The notes under the pieces are model-generated. The model was given only the letters and a program-made list of their open reading frames with translations, did no database searches and was not told where the DNA came from. Position numbers and translations under genes: made by a program. A stretch of 57,283 bases of DNA, filler included, from a bacterium (GTDB taxonomy: Bacteria; UBA9089; CG2-30-40-21; SBAY01), in NCBI GenBank assembly GCA_040757115.1. It is 3 parts of 3 records of this genome, joined end to end, with 100 filler letters (N's around TTAATTAATTAA, not from the genome) between each part and the next. Parts side by side here need not be neighbours in the genome. Positions count along the whole stretch, not along the records: positions 19,189 to 38,253 come from JBFLYA010000061.1; 2 more parts are not named here. One strand, written 5' to 3'. The stretch's first letter is position 1. Every line of letters starts with the position of its first letter. Shown here in pieces: positions 26,340 through 36,673 of this stretch.

Positions 26340-29300
26340 AAATACTAACCATTATGTGGCAAAGCTATCTAAATATGCTTGTTAAAGCAAGCAAACATCT
26401 GAATTTTGTGGAGCTTAAGGCTTATGCTTCCAGAATCCTCGAACAAGAGCCAGAGAGGATAGAGCGAGTGCTTGAGGAGGCGGCTGCATCAGATATTATC
26501 TTGCTCTATCGCTCAACAGAAGGCTTCTGGGAAACGATTGAAGGCAGGATTAAGGAGTTAGGCAAAAGGCTGCCTATTGTCTGCGTGGGACACGACCCGT
26601 CCTACTGGATGCTCTCTACAATAAAACCAGAAATAGTAGCCAGGGTCTATTCCTACCTTGTCATTAATGGTGAGGAGAACTTCACCAATATGTTGCGATA
26701 TATTGTTAGAGAGGTGGGTGGGCTTGATATATCTGCCCCAGAGCCAAAGCCAGTTTCCTGGGAAGGGCTCTATCACCCGGACGCCTCAGGGATATTTAGC
26801 ACCATTGATGACTACCTAACCTGGTACAACTCCCGTAACTCTAAACTCCAAACTCTAAACTCCAAACCCTCTACAGTGGGCATTCTTTTCTCCAGGCATT
26901 ACTGGGTCAATGATAATCTGGAGATAGAGAATACCCTGATTCGTGAGTTGGAGCTCCTGGGATTAAATGTCATCCCGGCATTTTCTTACCCCCTCAGGGA
27001 TGAGCAGCTGGGTTGCAAGGGAAGTGGGGAGGTGGTCTGTGAGTATTTCTTGCGTGAGGATGGCAGCCCACGGATTGACGGGCTTATCAATCTTCAGACA
27101 TTTCTCCTGAGTAACACAAGCGATAATCGGGATGGGGTGGAGATACTAAAAAGGCTGGATGTGCCAGTATTATCTCCAGTAACATCCTTTTATAAAACCA
27201 TAAATGAATGGCGGGATGACCCTTCTGGTCTGGGAAGCTTTGTTGGTTGGTCAATTGCTCTGCCAGAGTTTGAAGGGGTGATTGAACCGCTGATTGTAGG
27301 TGCACTAAGCAATGAGCAGAACAAGATGCAACTGCGAATACCGATTGAGGAGCGATGCCGGAAAGTTGCCCGACGGATGGCTATGTGGATGCGCTTGAGG
27401 CAGAAGCCCCCCCAGAATCGCAAGGTAGCTTTTATCCTGCACAACAACCCCTGTGCCTCAGTCGAGGCAACTGTAGGCGGCGGCGCTCATCTGGATACCT
27501 TAGAGAGTGTAGCTTCTATAATGCAGCGTATGAGGGAGGCAGGCTATAGTGTTGAGCCGCCAGATGACGGCAAAGAGCTTATCACAACCATTATGGAGCG
27601 CAAGGCTATTAGCGAGTTTCGCTGGACCACGGTGGATGAGATAGTCAAAAAAGGCGGGGTTTTGAAGCAGGTAACCAGAGAAGAATACCAGGACTGGTTC
27701 GATACGCTTTCACCCAAAGTGAGGGAGCGAATGATTGATGCATGGGGGAATCCGCCTGGTGAAGAAAAGAACGGTGTGCCACCAGCAATGGTCTATAACG
27801 GCAAGATAGTGGTTACAGGCGTGCACTATGGCAATACAGTGGTTTGTGTTCAACCCAAGCGGGGTTGTGCTGGTGCCAGATGTGATGGACAGGTCTGTAA
27901 GATATTGCATGACCCGGATATCCCACCGCCGCATCAGTATCTGGCTACATATCGCTACCTTGAGTATGATTTTGGGGTAGATGTAATTGTGCATGTGGGC
28001 ACGCACGGCAACTTAGAGTTTTTGCCTGGCAAAGGCACCGGATTATCTGGTGACTGCTATCCAGATATAGGTATCGGCGACCTGCCGCATCTTTATATCT
28101 ATAATGCTGACAACCCACCTGAAGGCACTATTGCCAAACGCAGAAGCTGTGCTACACTGGTTGACCATATGCAGACTGTAATGACACAGGGTGGGCTGTA
28201 TGATGAGCTTGAGGAGTTAGGACGCTTCATTGGTGAATATGAGCAGGTAAAGGATGTTGACCCAGCACGAACACACGCACTCCAACACCTGATTATGGAG
28301 ACGATAGAAAAGACCAATCTCAGCAAGGAGATGAGGTTAAGCCAGGATGTAGGGTTTGACGAGCTGGTAAGGCGTGCTCATGGAGTGCTCTCCCGCATAC
28401 GAAACACTCAGATACAGAATGGGATGCACATCTTTGGACAACTGCCTGAGGGAGAAATGCGGGTGGAATTTATCAACTCTATCCTGCGTTATGATGGAGG
28501 GGAGGAGCTTTCTCTACGAAGGGCAATAGCCGCCACCATAGGTATGAATTTATCTGATATGCTGGCAAATCAGGATAGGGTATGTCCGCATCATCAGAAG
28601 AGCTATGGAGAGTTGCTGGAGGAGGTGGATACAGCCTGTAAGGGATTTATTCGGCAGGTTATTGGTCTGCAGGACACAGACACCAGCCCGGTTGATAGTC
28701 TCCTGTGGACTAAACTGCGAGAGCGGGTGCTTGATCTGAACCGCAGAATCGATCAATCACAGGAGATAGCCTCACTCCTGCACGGATTTAGCGCTGGGTA
28801 TATCCCGCCAGGCCCCTCGGGCTTGATTAGCCGGGGCAGAGACGACATCCTGCCTACAGGCAGAAACTTCTACTCCCTTGACCCGCATCGGATTCCGACA
28901 AAGGCTGCCTGGCAGGTGGGGCAGAAATTAGCTGATGCGCTGCTTGAAAAGCATAAGCAAGAACAAGGTAGACTTCCGGAAAATGTAGCTATCTACTGGC
29001 AGTGCACCGATATCATGTGGGCGGACGGCGAAGGGATGGCACAGATTATGTCCCTTTTAGGTGTGCGGCCTCTCTGGCATCCAAATGGCAGGGTGAAAGG
29101 CTTTGAGGTGATTCCCATTTTAGAGCTTGAAAGACCAAGGATTGATATTACCATCCGTGTTTCGGGTATCACCCGAGATAACTTCCCAAACTGCATTGAG
29201 CTGCTGGATGAGGCTATCCAGGTAGTAGCCCATCTGGATGAGGTTGAGGAGCTGAATTTTGTGCGAAAACACGCCTTAGCTCAAATTAACCAGAATAGCG

Positions 29301-30166
29301 CCGGGAATTCCTCTAAAGAGGCCTGGCGAGATGCTACCCTGCGTATCTTTGCATCAAAACCCGGCACCTATCAGGCAGGAACACAACTGGCGGTCTATGC
29401 CTCTGCCTGGAAAGAGGAAAAGGATTTGAGTGATATCTTTGTCTATTGGAACGGATACGCCTATGGCAAGGGGATATTTGGCGAAGCAAAACATAAACAG
29501 TTGACTGATAGCCTCAAAACAGTTGACATAACCTACAACAAGGTGGTCTCTGATGAATACGACCTCTTTGGCTGTTGTTGCTATTTTGGCACGCATGGTG
29601 GGATGACTGCGGCTGCCCGGCATATCTCGGGTAAAGAGGTCAAGACTTACTACGGCGATACCCGTGAGCCAGAGCATATTGAGGTGCGGGATATGGCAGA
29701 TGAGATCAGGCGTGTAGTGCGAACAAAACTGCTTAACCCAAAATGGATTGAAGGGATGAAACAACACGGATACAAAGGTGCCGGTGACATCTCTAAACGC
29801 ATTGGTAGGGTTTATGGTTGGGAGGCAACTACTCAGGAGGTAGATGACTGGATATTCGATGAGATTGCCAGCACCTTTGTGTTAGATGAGGAGAACAGGA
29901 AATTTTTCGAGGAGCATAATCCCTGGGCATTAGAGGAGATCGGGCGCAGACTCCTTGAGGCACAGGGACGTGGGCTGTGGAATGCTGACCCAGAGGTGCT
30001 GGAAAGATTGAAAAATGCCCATCTTGAATGTGAGGGCTGGATTGAAGAGAAGATGGGTGATATCGAGGGTGATTTTCAAGGTGGGGCAATAGATATCCTG
30101 ACTGCAGAGGATGTGTCTGACTGGAAAGCGAAGATGAAGGAGATTAGAGAAAAGATTGCACCATAA
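26336..30166 (+). CDS. cobN: Cobaltochelatase large subunit CobN (CobN/ChlH family)
   Basis: 1276 aa; PEFEG, LHDPD.PPPHQY, HVGTHGNLEFLPGK, AKRRS, LPTGRNFY, LLNPKWIEGM.HGYKGA. Confidence 0.92.
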   Translation: MKILTIMWQSYLNMLVKASKHLNFVELKAYASRILEQEPERIERVLEEAAASDIILLYRSTEGFWETIEGRIKELGKRLPIVCVGHDPSYWMLSTIKPEIVARVYSYLVINGEENFTNMLRYIVREVGGLDISAPEPKPVSWEGLYHPDASGIFSTIDDYLTWYNSRNSKLQTLNSKPSTVGILFSRHYWVNDNLEIENTLIRELELLGLNVIPAFSYPLRDEQLGCKGSGEVVCEYFLREDGSPRIDGLINLQTFLLSNTSDNRDGVEILKRLDVPVLSPVTSFYKTINEWRDDPSGLGSFVGWSIALPEFEGVIEPLIVGALSNEQNKMQLRIPIEERCRKVARRMAMWMRLRQKPPQNRKVAFILHNNPCASVEATVGGGAHLDTLESVASIMQRMREAGYSVEPPDDGKELITTIMERKAISEFRWTTVDEIVKKGGVLKQVTREEYQDWFDTLSPKVRERMIDAWGNPPGEEKNGVPPAMVYNGKIVVTGVHYGNTVVCVQPKRGCAGARCDGQVCKILHDPDIPPPHQYLATYRYLEYDFGVDVIVHVGTHGNLEFLPGKGTGLSGDCYPDIGIGDLPHLYIYNADNPPEGTIAKRRSCATLVDHMQTVMTQGGLYDELEELGRFIGEYEQVKDVDPARTHALQHLIMETIEKTNLSKEMRLSQDVGFDELVRRAHGVLSRIRNTQIQNGMHIFGQLPEGEMRVEFINSILRYDGGEELSLRRAIAATIGMNLSDMLANQDRVCPHHQKSYGELLEEVDTACKGFIRQVIGLQDTDTSPVDSLLWTKLRERVLDLNRRIDQSQEIASLLHGFSAGYIPPGPSGLISRGRDDILPTGRNFYSLDPHRIPTKAAWQVGQKLADALLEKHKQEQGRLPENVAIYWQCTDIMWADGEGMAQIMSLLGVRPLWHPNGRVKGFEVIPILELERPRIDITIRVSGITRDNFPNCIELLDEAIQVVAHLDEVEELNFVRKHALAQINQNSAGNSSKEAWRDATLRIFASKPGTYQAGTQLAVYASAWKEEKDLSDIFVYWNGYAYGKGIFGEAKHKQLTDSLKTVDITYNKVVSDEYDLFGCCCYFGTHGGMTAAARHISGKEVKTYYGDTREPEHIEVRDMADEIRRVVRTKLLNPKWIEGMKQHGYKGAGDISKRIGRVYGWEATTQEVDDWIFDEIASTFVLDEENRKFFEEHNPWALEEIGRRLLEAQGRGLWNADPEVLERLKNAHLECEGWIEEKMGDIEGDFQGGAIDILTAEDVSDWKAKMKEIREKIAP

Positions 30167-30185
30167 AGATTCAGGAGGATAAAGA

Positions 30186-31301
30186 ATGAGTTGTCAAAGC
30201 ATCATATACCCCTTTACTGCCATTGTGGGACAGGAGCGGATGAAGAAGGCCCTATTGTTAAATGCGATAAATCCAAACCTTTCAGGGGTGCTTATCCGAG
30301 GAGAAAAAGGTACGGCTAAATCAACTGCTGCCAGAGCTCTGGCCAATCTTTTGCCAGAGATTGAGGTGGTTGCTAACTGCCCATTTAGTTGTCATCCCCA
30401 ACGCAAGGAATTGATGTGTGAGGAATGCCGACACCGCATAGCAAAGGGAGAAGATGTCCCAACAACCCGCAGGAAGATGCGGGTGGTCAACCTGCCGGTA
30501 GGGGCAACCGAGGATAGGGTAGTGGGAACACTCGACATTGAACATGCCTTAAAAACAGGTGAGAAGAGGTTTGAACCAGGTGTGTTAGCTGATGCCCATC
30601 GAGCCATACTCTATGTGGATGAGGTGAACCTATTGGATGACCATATCGTTGATGTCTTGCTTGATTCTGCGGCTATGGGTGTCAATACCATTGAGCGAGA
30701 AGGGGTCTCTTTTGCACATCCGGCTCATTTTATCCTGATTGGCACGATGAATCCGGAAGAGGGGGAGCTTCGACCTCAATTACTCGACAGATTTGGGCTT
30801 TGTGTAAATATTGAGGGCATTGACGACCCTAAGGCCAGGGTAGAGGTCATCAAAAGGCGCCAGGGCTTTGAGGAAAACCCAGCCCGGTTCGTGGCTGAAT
30901 GGAATGCTGAAGAAAGGGCCTTAAGCCAGTTGATTGTTAATGCCCAGTGGCTTCTTAAGGATGTGGCTCTATCTGATGATATGCTGGAGCTGATTGCCAA
31001 AATAGCAGTAGATATGCAGGTGGACGGACATCGAGCAGATATCTTTATGATGAAGACCGCACGAACAATTGCCGCCTACCATCAACGGCTTAAGGTAGTA
31101 GAAGAGGATGTTCAGGAGGCCGCAGAGCTTGTCCTGCCACATCGCATGCGAAAAAAACCCTTTCAGGATAGGAAGATGGAACAAGAGCAGCTTGAGCAGA
31201 CCATTCAAGAGCACAAGAAACAAAAAAATCCCCAGCCGACAAACAAAAGTCCACAAAATGAAGACCAGAATCAAGGTCAGGAAAATAAGGAGGATGATTG
31301 A
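30186..31301 (+). CDS. ChlI-like AAA+ chelatase subunit (N-terminal half of chlD)
   Basis: [50 protein letters not shown]; ends in acidic Q/N linker. Confidence 0.92.
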   Translation: MSCQSIIYPFTAIVGQERMKKALLLNAINPNLSGVLIRGEKGTAKSTAARALANLLPEIEVVANCPFSCHPQRKELMCEECRHRIAKGEDVPTTRRKMRVVNLPVGATEDRVVGTLDIEHALKTGEKRFEPGVLADAHRAILYVDEVNLLDDHIVDVLLDSAAMGVNTIEREGVSFAHPAHFILIGTMNPEEGELRPQLLDRFGLCVNIEGIDDPKARVEVIKRRQGFEENPARFVAEWNAEERALSQLIVNAQWLLKDVALSDDMLELIAKIAVDMQVDGHRADIFMMKTARTIAAYHQRLKVVEEDVQEAAELVLPHRMRKKPFQDRKMEQEQLEQTIQEHKKQKNPQPTNKSPQNEDQNQGQENKEDD

Positions 31302-32184
31302 CCATCAGTCTGATGCAAGCACTCAAACCTCTTTCGAACCAGGTGAACCCTTTCGGGTAAAAAGGTTATCTCTGGCAAAAGAGCAGGAAATAAAGGATGG
31401 TGCTGGCAGAAGAAGTAAGACTGTCTCCTCTGATAAAAGAGGCAGATATACCAGGAGTGCCTTATCAACAAAGGAAAGGATTAATGATTTAGCCTTTGAT
31501 GCTACCTTTCGGGCGGCAGCTCCACATCAGATAAAGAGAAGTCAGGAGTTAGAAATCAAGAGTCAAGGATTAATTATCAAGACGCAAGATATGCGGAAAA
31601 AGGTAAGAGAAAAGAAGATTGGCAATCTGATGCTCTTTGTAGTTGATTCTTCTGGCTCAATGGGAGCAAATCAAAGGATGGTTGCGGCTAAAGGGGCGAT
31701 CCTATCCCTGCTTATTGATGCTTATGAAAAAAGGGATAGGGTGGGTATGATCGCCTTTAAGGGTGAGCGGGCAGAGATATTACTTCCTCCCACCAATAGT
31801 CTGGAATTGGCTTCTAAACAACTTTCTGAATTACCTACAGGCGGAAAGACACCACTCTCATCAGGGCTTCAGGTTTGCCTTGAGCTTATCCAGAAGGAAT
31901 TAAGAAAGAATCAACAACTGGCAATACTGATTGTGCTCATTACTGATGGGAGGGCTAATGTCAGCCTCCTAAAAGGTGCTAATCCGTTTGAGGAAGCCAA
32001 AGCTATAGCCCTTCAAATAAAAGAGATAGGCGCAAAATCTATAGTTATTGATACAGAATCAGGCTTTATTCGATTTAAAAAAACAGAAGCAATAGCCCAG
32101 TGCTTAGGTGGAAGATGCTTTTCTATGGAAGATATAAAGGCAGAGACTATCTATGAGTTAGTAAAACAAAGGGGTGAAACATAA
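31294..32184 (+). CDS. VWA domain of ChlD-like subunit, +1 frame relative to the upstream AAA+ ORF
   Basis: [39 protein letters not shown]; +1 frame open from at least 31108; start uncertain. Confidence 0.85.
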   Translation: MIDHQSDASTQTSFEPGEPFRVKRLSLAKEQEIKDGAGRRSKTVSSDKRGRYTRSALSTKERINDLAFDATFRAAAPHQIKRSQELEIKSQGLIIKTQDMRKKVREKKIGNLMLFVVDSSGSMGANQRMVAAKGAILSLLIDAYEKRDRVGMIAFKGERAEILLPPTNSLELASKQLSELPTGGKTPLSSGLQVCLELIQKELRKNQQLAILIVLITDGRANVSLLKGANPFEEAKAIALQIKEIGAKSIVIDTESGFIRFKKTEAIAQCLGGRCFSMEDIKAETIYELVKQRGET

Positions 32185-32228
32185 TGGAATGGCTTAAATT
32201 AAGTATTGAATATGGAGTACTGTTCTGA
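32184..32228 (+). pseudogene. Possible 5' stub of an exbB-like gene
   Basis: TAATG coupling with chl[23 protein letters not shown] then abrupt stop. Confidence 0.35.
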
Positions 32229-32437
32229 CCGTCTTGTTAGTCGATATACCATCCGCTTAGCATATACAGGTGAATCATTGCAATATATTCGTAAATATCC
32301 ACAAGATGTTCTATCGCATTATCTGTCTAATGTAGTCTCATTTTGACAGCCAAAATTTAGCACGGACTTCGTCAATTCGTGCAATTCGTATTCTTCCCCC
32401 AAATGACTGACGCATTACTGGGTTGAAAAAATTTTAG

Positions 32438-32466
32438 TTGACAAACAATGAGTGATATGCTATAAT
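32438..32466 (+). promoter_or_regulatory. sigma70 promoter upstream of riboswitch 1
   Basis: TTGACA-N17-TATAAT with TG extension. Confidence 0.85.
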
Positions 32467-32477
32467 AGAAAATAGTC

Positions 32478-32648
32478 AGATAGGTAGAGGAAGTCCTTGT
32501 GAGATTCAAGGCACTGCCCCGCAACGGTAATATCATCTAAAAAATGATGAGTCCGGTCGATTACCTATCTTTGAAAGTACTTTCGCGGGAAGGGAATAAC
32601 TAAAGAAAAACTTATTACCCAATCTTCTTGGCGAAGGTTGGGTTTTTT
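32478..32648 (+). ncRNA. Cobalamin riboswitch (short, class-II-like) with terminator
   Basis: AGATAGGTA/TACCTATCT closing stem, GGAA, GTGAGATTC, ACTGCCCCGCAACGGT, B12-box-like GAGTCCGG, TTCGCGGG kissing loop, terminator 32617-32648. Confidence 0.9.
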
Positions 32649-32712
32649 GTTGGATAAACGGTCATAAGCGTGCGATTCACAGAAATAGCTTTTAGTTCGA
32701 GTGTCTGACATT

Positions 32713-32764
32713 ATTTTTAGGAGAAACCGTCATGCCCCGCTGGGGCACAAAGGAAGATGAAAAT
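32713..32764 (+). repeat. 51-52 bp structured site (ATTTTYAGGAGAA..CATG-stem-CACAAA..GATGAAAAT)
   Basis: Central stem CCCC-GCT-GGGG; homologous to 47548-47598 and 47706-47756. Confidence 0.8.
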
Positions 32765-32767
32765 GTA

Positions 32768-32912
32768 TGGAGTGCGGTAGCTTGCTACCGCTTTCGGACA
32801 AAGCGAAAGCAAGCTTTCGCACTCCAAAGCCTATTTTCAGGGGAAATAGGAATGTAGTGAGGGTCTTTAGACCCGTTATAAATAGGAAACGCACCTAAAG
32901 GTGCTCACTACA
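32768..32912. repeat. REP-like palindrome doublets
   Basis: TGGAGTGCG...CGCACTCCA pair and GTAGTGAG...CTCACTAC pair (GTAG-type REP). Confidence 0.65.
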
Positions 32913-33009
32913 TTTTCAGGCAGTATCCAGTATAGTATGAAGTATTTTCCCCCTTTCCTACTTCCTACTTGCTTGGTATGCTGAATAGTTACAAAGGAGG
33001 TAATAAAAG

Positions 33010-35226
33010 ATGAAGAAGTTTTGGTTAATGATTGGATTAGGATTAGGTTTAGGATTAGGTTTGACATTTGCTTCAAAGGAGATTATCCTTGCTCAAGAGC
33101 CTTTTGAACTTGAAGAGGTGGTTGTTACCGCCACAAAGGGCGAGAAAAGGATAGAGGATGTGCCGGTTAGCACATCAGTCGTAACGCAAAAAGAGATAGA
33201 AGAGAAAAAGGCAGTCTTTGTCGATGAAGCCCTCAAATATGAGCCGGGGGTCTATCTTAAGCGGGCTAAATTTGCAGATATGGGTAATACAGTTACCCTG
33301 CGTGGGTTTAGTAATCAGAATAGAACATTAGTCCTCCTTGATGGACAATCATTAAATGATGCTTATACTGGCAATGTGGAATGGTCTGCCCTACCTCTGG
33401 AAAATGTTGAAAGGATAGAAATAGTTGAGGGTCCAGTCTCAAGCCTGTATGGTGGTAATGCTATGGGTGGGGTGATAAATATTATTACGAAAAAGCCAGA
33501 TGTTGAAAGTCTGCTCTTTAAGAGTTCAGCCTCTACTAACAATACCTATGTCCATTCCTTAGGCTATAGTAATAAATTCAATCGGTTTTCTCTCCGATTC
33601 AATCTGGAGAAGAAGTCAAGTGAGGGAGAAAGAACGGATTTTGTGGTTAAATCTGTCTCACCCGGCACCGGAGGCACACGGGTGACCGGCTGGCAAAAGA
33701 CAAAGAATGCTAAAGGCATTGATGCTTACTTGATTGGAGATACCGGGAAAAATTGCTGGGAACAAAACCAGTACAGCGGCAAATTTACCTACTCGATAAA
33801 CCCAATATCTAATCTATACCTTGCTTTAAACTATGGTCAACGGGAATACGGTTATTCGGACCCACAGAGCTATCTTAAGGATAGTAATGGCAAGCCAGTT
33901 GATAACGGTAAGATTGATCTGGGTGTAGGCACAATGACTATCTATCCCAAAGATTTCTTAAGCAGCTGGGGAAGATACAATAGTAATCTTTATCATCTCG
34001 GCTACGATACCCTGCTTGGTCTGATTAATATTAAGTCCAAGATAAGCTTAAACAAGAGGCAAAGTTTCTATATTGTCCCACAGAGCGGGGCAACTGCTCA
34101 AGGAGGTCCAGGCAAATTTAATGATACTGCCCCCAGTCAGGATATTCAGGCAGAGATACAGACAGATATCCCATTCCTTCAAGATAATCTCTTAAGTATT
34201 GGTTTAAACTATCGCTTAGATAAAACAATAATCAAAGAATATGATCTTATCGACTGGAAGAATGAAGATTCAAAAAAGACAACTAATCCGACAGTTGAAA
34301 TTAAGGGGAAGGCAAAAATATCCGCTGTTTATGCTCAGACTGAGCTGGAAGTAATCAACAACTTAAAAGCTTTTCTTGGTGCCCGGTATGATACCTGGAA
34401 GAATTACGATGGCTCAAACCGTAATGGCACAAACTTGACTACCTATACGGCTATGGATAAGAAATCTATCTCCCCCAAGATTGGTTTTCTTTATAAGCCA
34501 GGATTTGAAAAGGGAATTTATCATCTGGATAACATTCGTGCATCCTGGGGTAAAGCTTTTAAACCACCAACTATCTATGAATTATATAGAACCTGCTTGA
34601 TGGGAAAAACTACCTATGAAAGCAACCCTAACCTTATTCCAGAAACCAGCCAGTCATGGGAAGTAGGTTTGGACCAGAGGCTAAACAAAAAGGTAACTAT
34701 TTCTGTTACCTATTTTCAAAGCAAGATAAAAGACCTTATCTACAGTAAGATTATTTCTTCAACGATTAAGCGAAAGGAGAATGCCGGAGAAGGAAAAATC
34801 GCTGGATTTGAGCTCGATACTAAGGTAAATCTTACCGATTCTCTATCTGCCTTTGGAAATTATACTCGGCAAGATACCGAAATGTTAGAAAATCCAGCTG
34901 AACCAAGTACCATTGGCAAAAATTTTGTGTTTGTTCCAGAGAAGATGTTTAATCTTGGACTTATCTTTTCTAAAAAAGCTGTAAGCTCCTCATTGCTCTG
35001 GCATTGGGTAGATAAGGTTTATCTTAATTCAGACAACTCTGATACCGAGGAAGAGGTCTATGGTGCGTATGATAAAATCAATACGGTGGATGCCAAACTG
35101 GGTTATAACCTTAAGGAGAATTTGAACCTGTCTTTAGCAGTGGATAATCTTTTTGATAAGAGATACTATCAGCACTATAAATCCCCAGGTCGAACATTTA
35201 CTGTGGAGGCGAAGTGGAAATACTAA
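33010..35226 (+). CDS. TonB-dependent outer-membrane receptor (BtuB-like)
   Basis: Signal peptide, EEVVVTATK TonB box, LRG..LVLLDG, ERIEIV.GP.S.LYG.NAMGGVINIIT, NLFD..Y..PGRTF..Y; riboswitch upstream. Confidence 0.92.
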   Translation: MKKFWLMIGLGLGLGLGLTFASKEIILAQEPFELEEVVVTATKGEKRIEDVPVSTSVVTQKEIEEKKAVFVDEALKYEPGVYLKRAKFADMGNTVTLRGFSNQNRTLVLLDGQSLNDAYTGNVEWSALPLENVERIEIVEGPVSSLYGGNAMGGVINIITKKPDVESLLFKSSASTNNTYVHSLGYSNKFNRFSLRFNLEKKSSEGERTDFVVKSVSPGTGGTRVTGWQKTKNAKGIDAYLIGDTGKNCWEQNQYSGKFTYSINPISNLYLALNYGQREYGYSDPQSYLKDSNGKPVDNGKIDLGVGTMTIYPKDFLSSWGRYNSNLYHLGYDTLLGLINIKSKISLNKRQSFYIVPQSGATAQGGPGKFNDTAPSQDIQAEIQTDIPFLQDNLLSIGLNYRLDKTIIKEYDLIDWKNEDSKKTTNPTVEIKGKAKISAVYAQTELEVINNLKAFLGARYDTWKNYDGSNRNGTNLTTYTAMDKKSISPKIGFLYKPGFEKGIYHLDNIRASWGKAFKPPTIYELYRTCLMGKTTYESNPNLIPETSQSWEVGLDQRLNKKVTISVTYFQSKIKDLIYSKIISSTIKRKENAGEGKIAGFELDTKVNLTDSLSAFGNYTRQDTEMLENPAEPSTIGKNFVFVPEKMFNLGLIFSKKAVSSSLLWHWVDKVYLNSDNSDTEEEVYGAYDKINTVDAKLGYNLKENLNLSLAVDNLFDKRYYQHYKSPGRTFTVEAKWKY

Positions 35227-35274
35227 TATCCACGAATGGACACGAATTGAAATGGGATAGCAAAAGGCACAGGA

Positions 35275-35421
35275 ATGGAAGAAAAAGGATTGATAAAGGC
35301 TATTTGCTTATCGTTCCTTATTCATACAGGGGTAGCTGGCGCGATTATGCTTTTGGGAGTAGATAAATGGCATAGACAAACACCTCTCTCTACTATCGAG
35401 AGTTTCTCTGGTAGAGATTAA
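35275..35421 (+). pseudogene. 5' remnant of a TonB-like energy transducer
   Basis: MEEKGLIKAICLSFLIHTGV: membrane anchor with SxxxH motif, then frameshift and stop. Confidence 0.55.
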
Positions 35422-35500
35422 CCTGCAATCGGCAAGTGAATACTGAACAATCAGCTAATTCGTGTAATGTGACTTGTCAACAAAAATTTAAAAAATTTAG

Positions 35501-35529
35501 TTGACAAACAATAAGCGATATGCTATGAT
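35501..35529 (+). promoter_or_regulatory. sigma70 promoter upstream of riboswitch 2
   Basis: TTGACA-N17-TATGAT, near copy of 32438-32466. Confidence 0.8.
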
Positions 35530-35540
35530 AGAAAATAGTC

Positions 35541-35711
35541 AGATAGGTAGAGGAAGTCCTTGTGAGATTCAAGGCACTGCCCCGCAACGGTAATATCATC
35601 TAAAAAATGATGAGTCCGGTCGATTACCTATCTTTGAAAGTACTTTCGCGGGAAGGGAATAACTAAAGAAAAACTTATTACCCAATCTTCTTGGCGAAGG
35701 TTGGGTTTTTT
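35541..35711 (+). ncRNA. Cobalamin riboswitch, second copy
   Basis: Identical by eye to 32478-32648. Confidence 0.9.
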
Positions 35712-35723
35712 GTTGGATAAAAA

Positions 35724-36404
35724 ATGGGATTAGATGTTATCTTATGGACAATAGGAACACTTTTTACCCTGGGTATATTCAGCGTGAAAGTCGGTTTTGG
35801 ACTTGGTTTTGGCAGAATGGGATGGAAGGTTATTGGAATGACACTTGCAGGCTATGTAGCCCTCTTTGTGCTAATAGCGATGTTTTCAGAACACTTGATT
35901 AACCTGCTTGAGCCAGTCTTGAGAAAAGGTCCATATCTTCATCTGTTTATAGCCACAGGAATGGTTGTCTGGGGATTTTTTATCCTCAGAAATCCTCACG
36001 AATGTAAAACTGAAGGTGAAATGCTTAAGCCTTCGCTTTTGCTTATTATTCCCTGTCCTATTTGCCTTATGGCAATAACCTTTTCCATCTGGGCGGCTTT
36101 AAGCGTTATCAAATTGCCGGCTATGCTGGTGGGATTTGGAATGGGGATGACATTTGCCATCTTCTCCTTTCTGCTTCTTATGGTCACACGCAAGAGAAAG
36201 TCAGCTATATCTCTTGGTTTGAGTATGATGGGAATTGGTCTTTATTTCATTGCGGCTTTATTTCTTCCGGCAAAGATTGAAGAGGCGCGGGGAATATATA
36301 ACTCCTTTGTCAATGAGGGGAGTGGGCTGGCTTTAAATAATCAAATTGGTGTCTTTGTTGTTCTTTTGGGAGCTATCTTAACTGGTTTTTGTCAGAAAAG
36401 GTAA
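35724..36404 (+). CDS. DUF2162-family membrane protein
   Basis: IFSVKVGFG, PCPIC motif, multiple TM helices; adjacent to ExbB-like and DUF2149 genes. Confidence 0.78.
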   Translation: MGLDVILWTIGTLFTLGIFSVKVGFGLGFGRMGWKVIGMTLAGYVALFVLIAMFSEHLINLLEPVLRKGPYLHLFIATGMVVWGFFILRNPHECKTEGEMLKPSLLLIIPCPICLMAITFSIWAALSVIKLPAMLVGFGMGMTFAIFSFLLLMVTRKRKSAISLGLSMMGIGLYFIAALFLPAKIEEARGIYNSFVNEGSGLALNNQIGVFVVLLGAILTGFCQKR

Positions 36405-36653
36405 CCGTTCAGGTATAGGTAAAAAGATAGTAATTATTTAGCCACAGATTAACACAGATTAGCACAGATAAAGACAGACTTTTGGGTAAATCAGGATTAG
36501 TAATGAGGTGGTATGAGAATAATGTTTCTTTTATCCCAAACCCCGAAATCAAAATCCCGATTTTTATACTTCTATTAATTTAAAAAGCAATTACTTGCGT
36601 ATATTTAAAAAAATCCGTGTTTTATCTGTGTTCATCAGTGGCTGAACAGTTAC
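36401..36653. mobile_element. GTAAC-family MITE with 8-bp TSD
   Basis: GTAACCGTTCAG...CTGAACAGTTAC flanked by CAGAAAAG on both sides. Confidence 0.88.
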
Positions 36654-36673
36654 CAGAAAAGGAGACTGGATAA

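Noticed and set aside
31287-31302. Canonical prfB-type +1 frameshift
   Set aside because: An SD and TGA-C are present, but the P-site codon GAT cannot re-pair well on ATT, unlike CTT-T; the mechanism is left open.
30186-32184. Chlorophyll (Mg-chelatase) biosynthesis
   Set aside because: Context is cobN plus B12 riboswitches; no photosynthesis genes.
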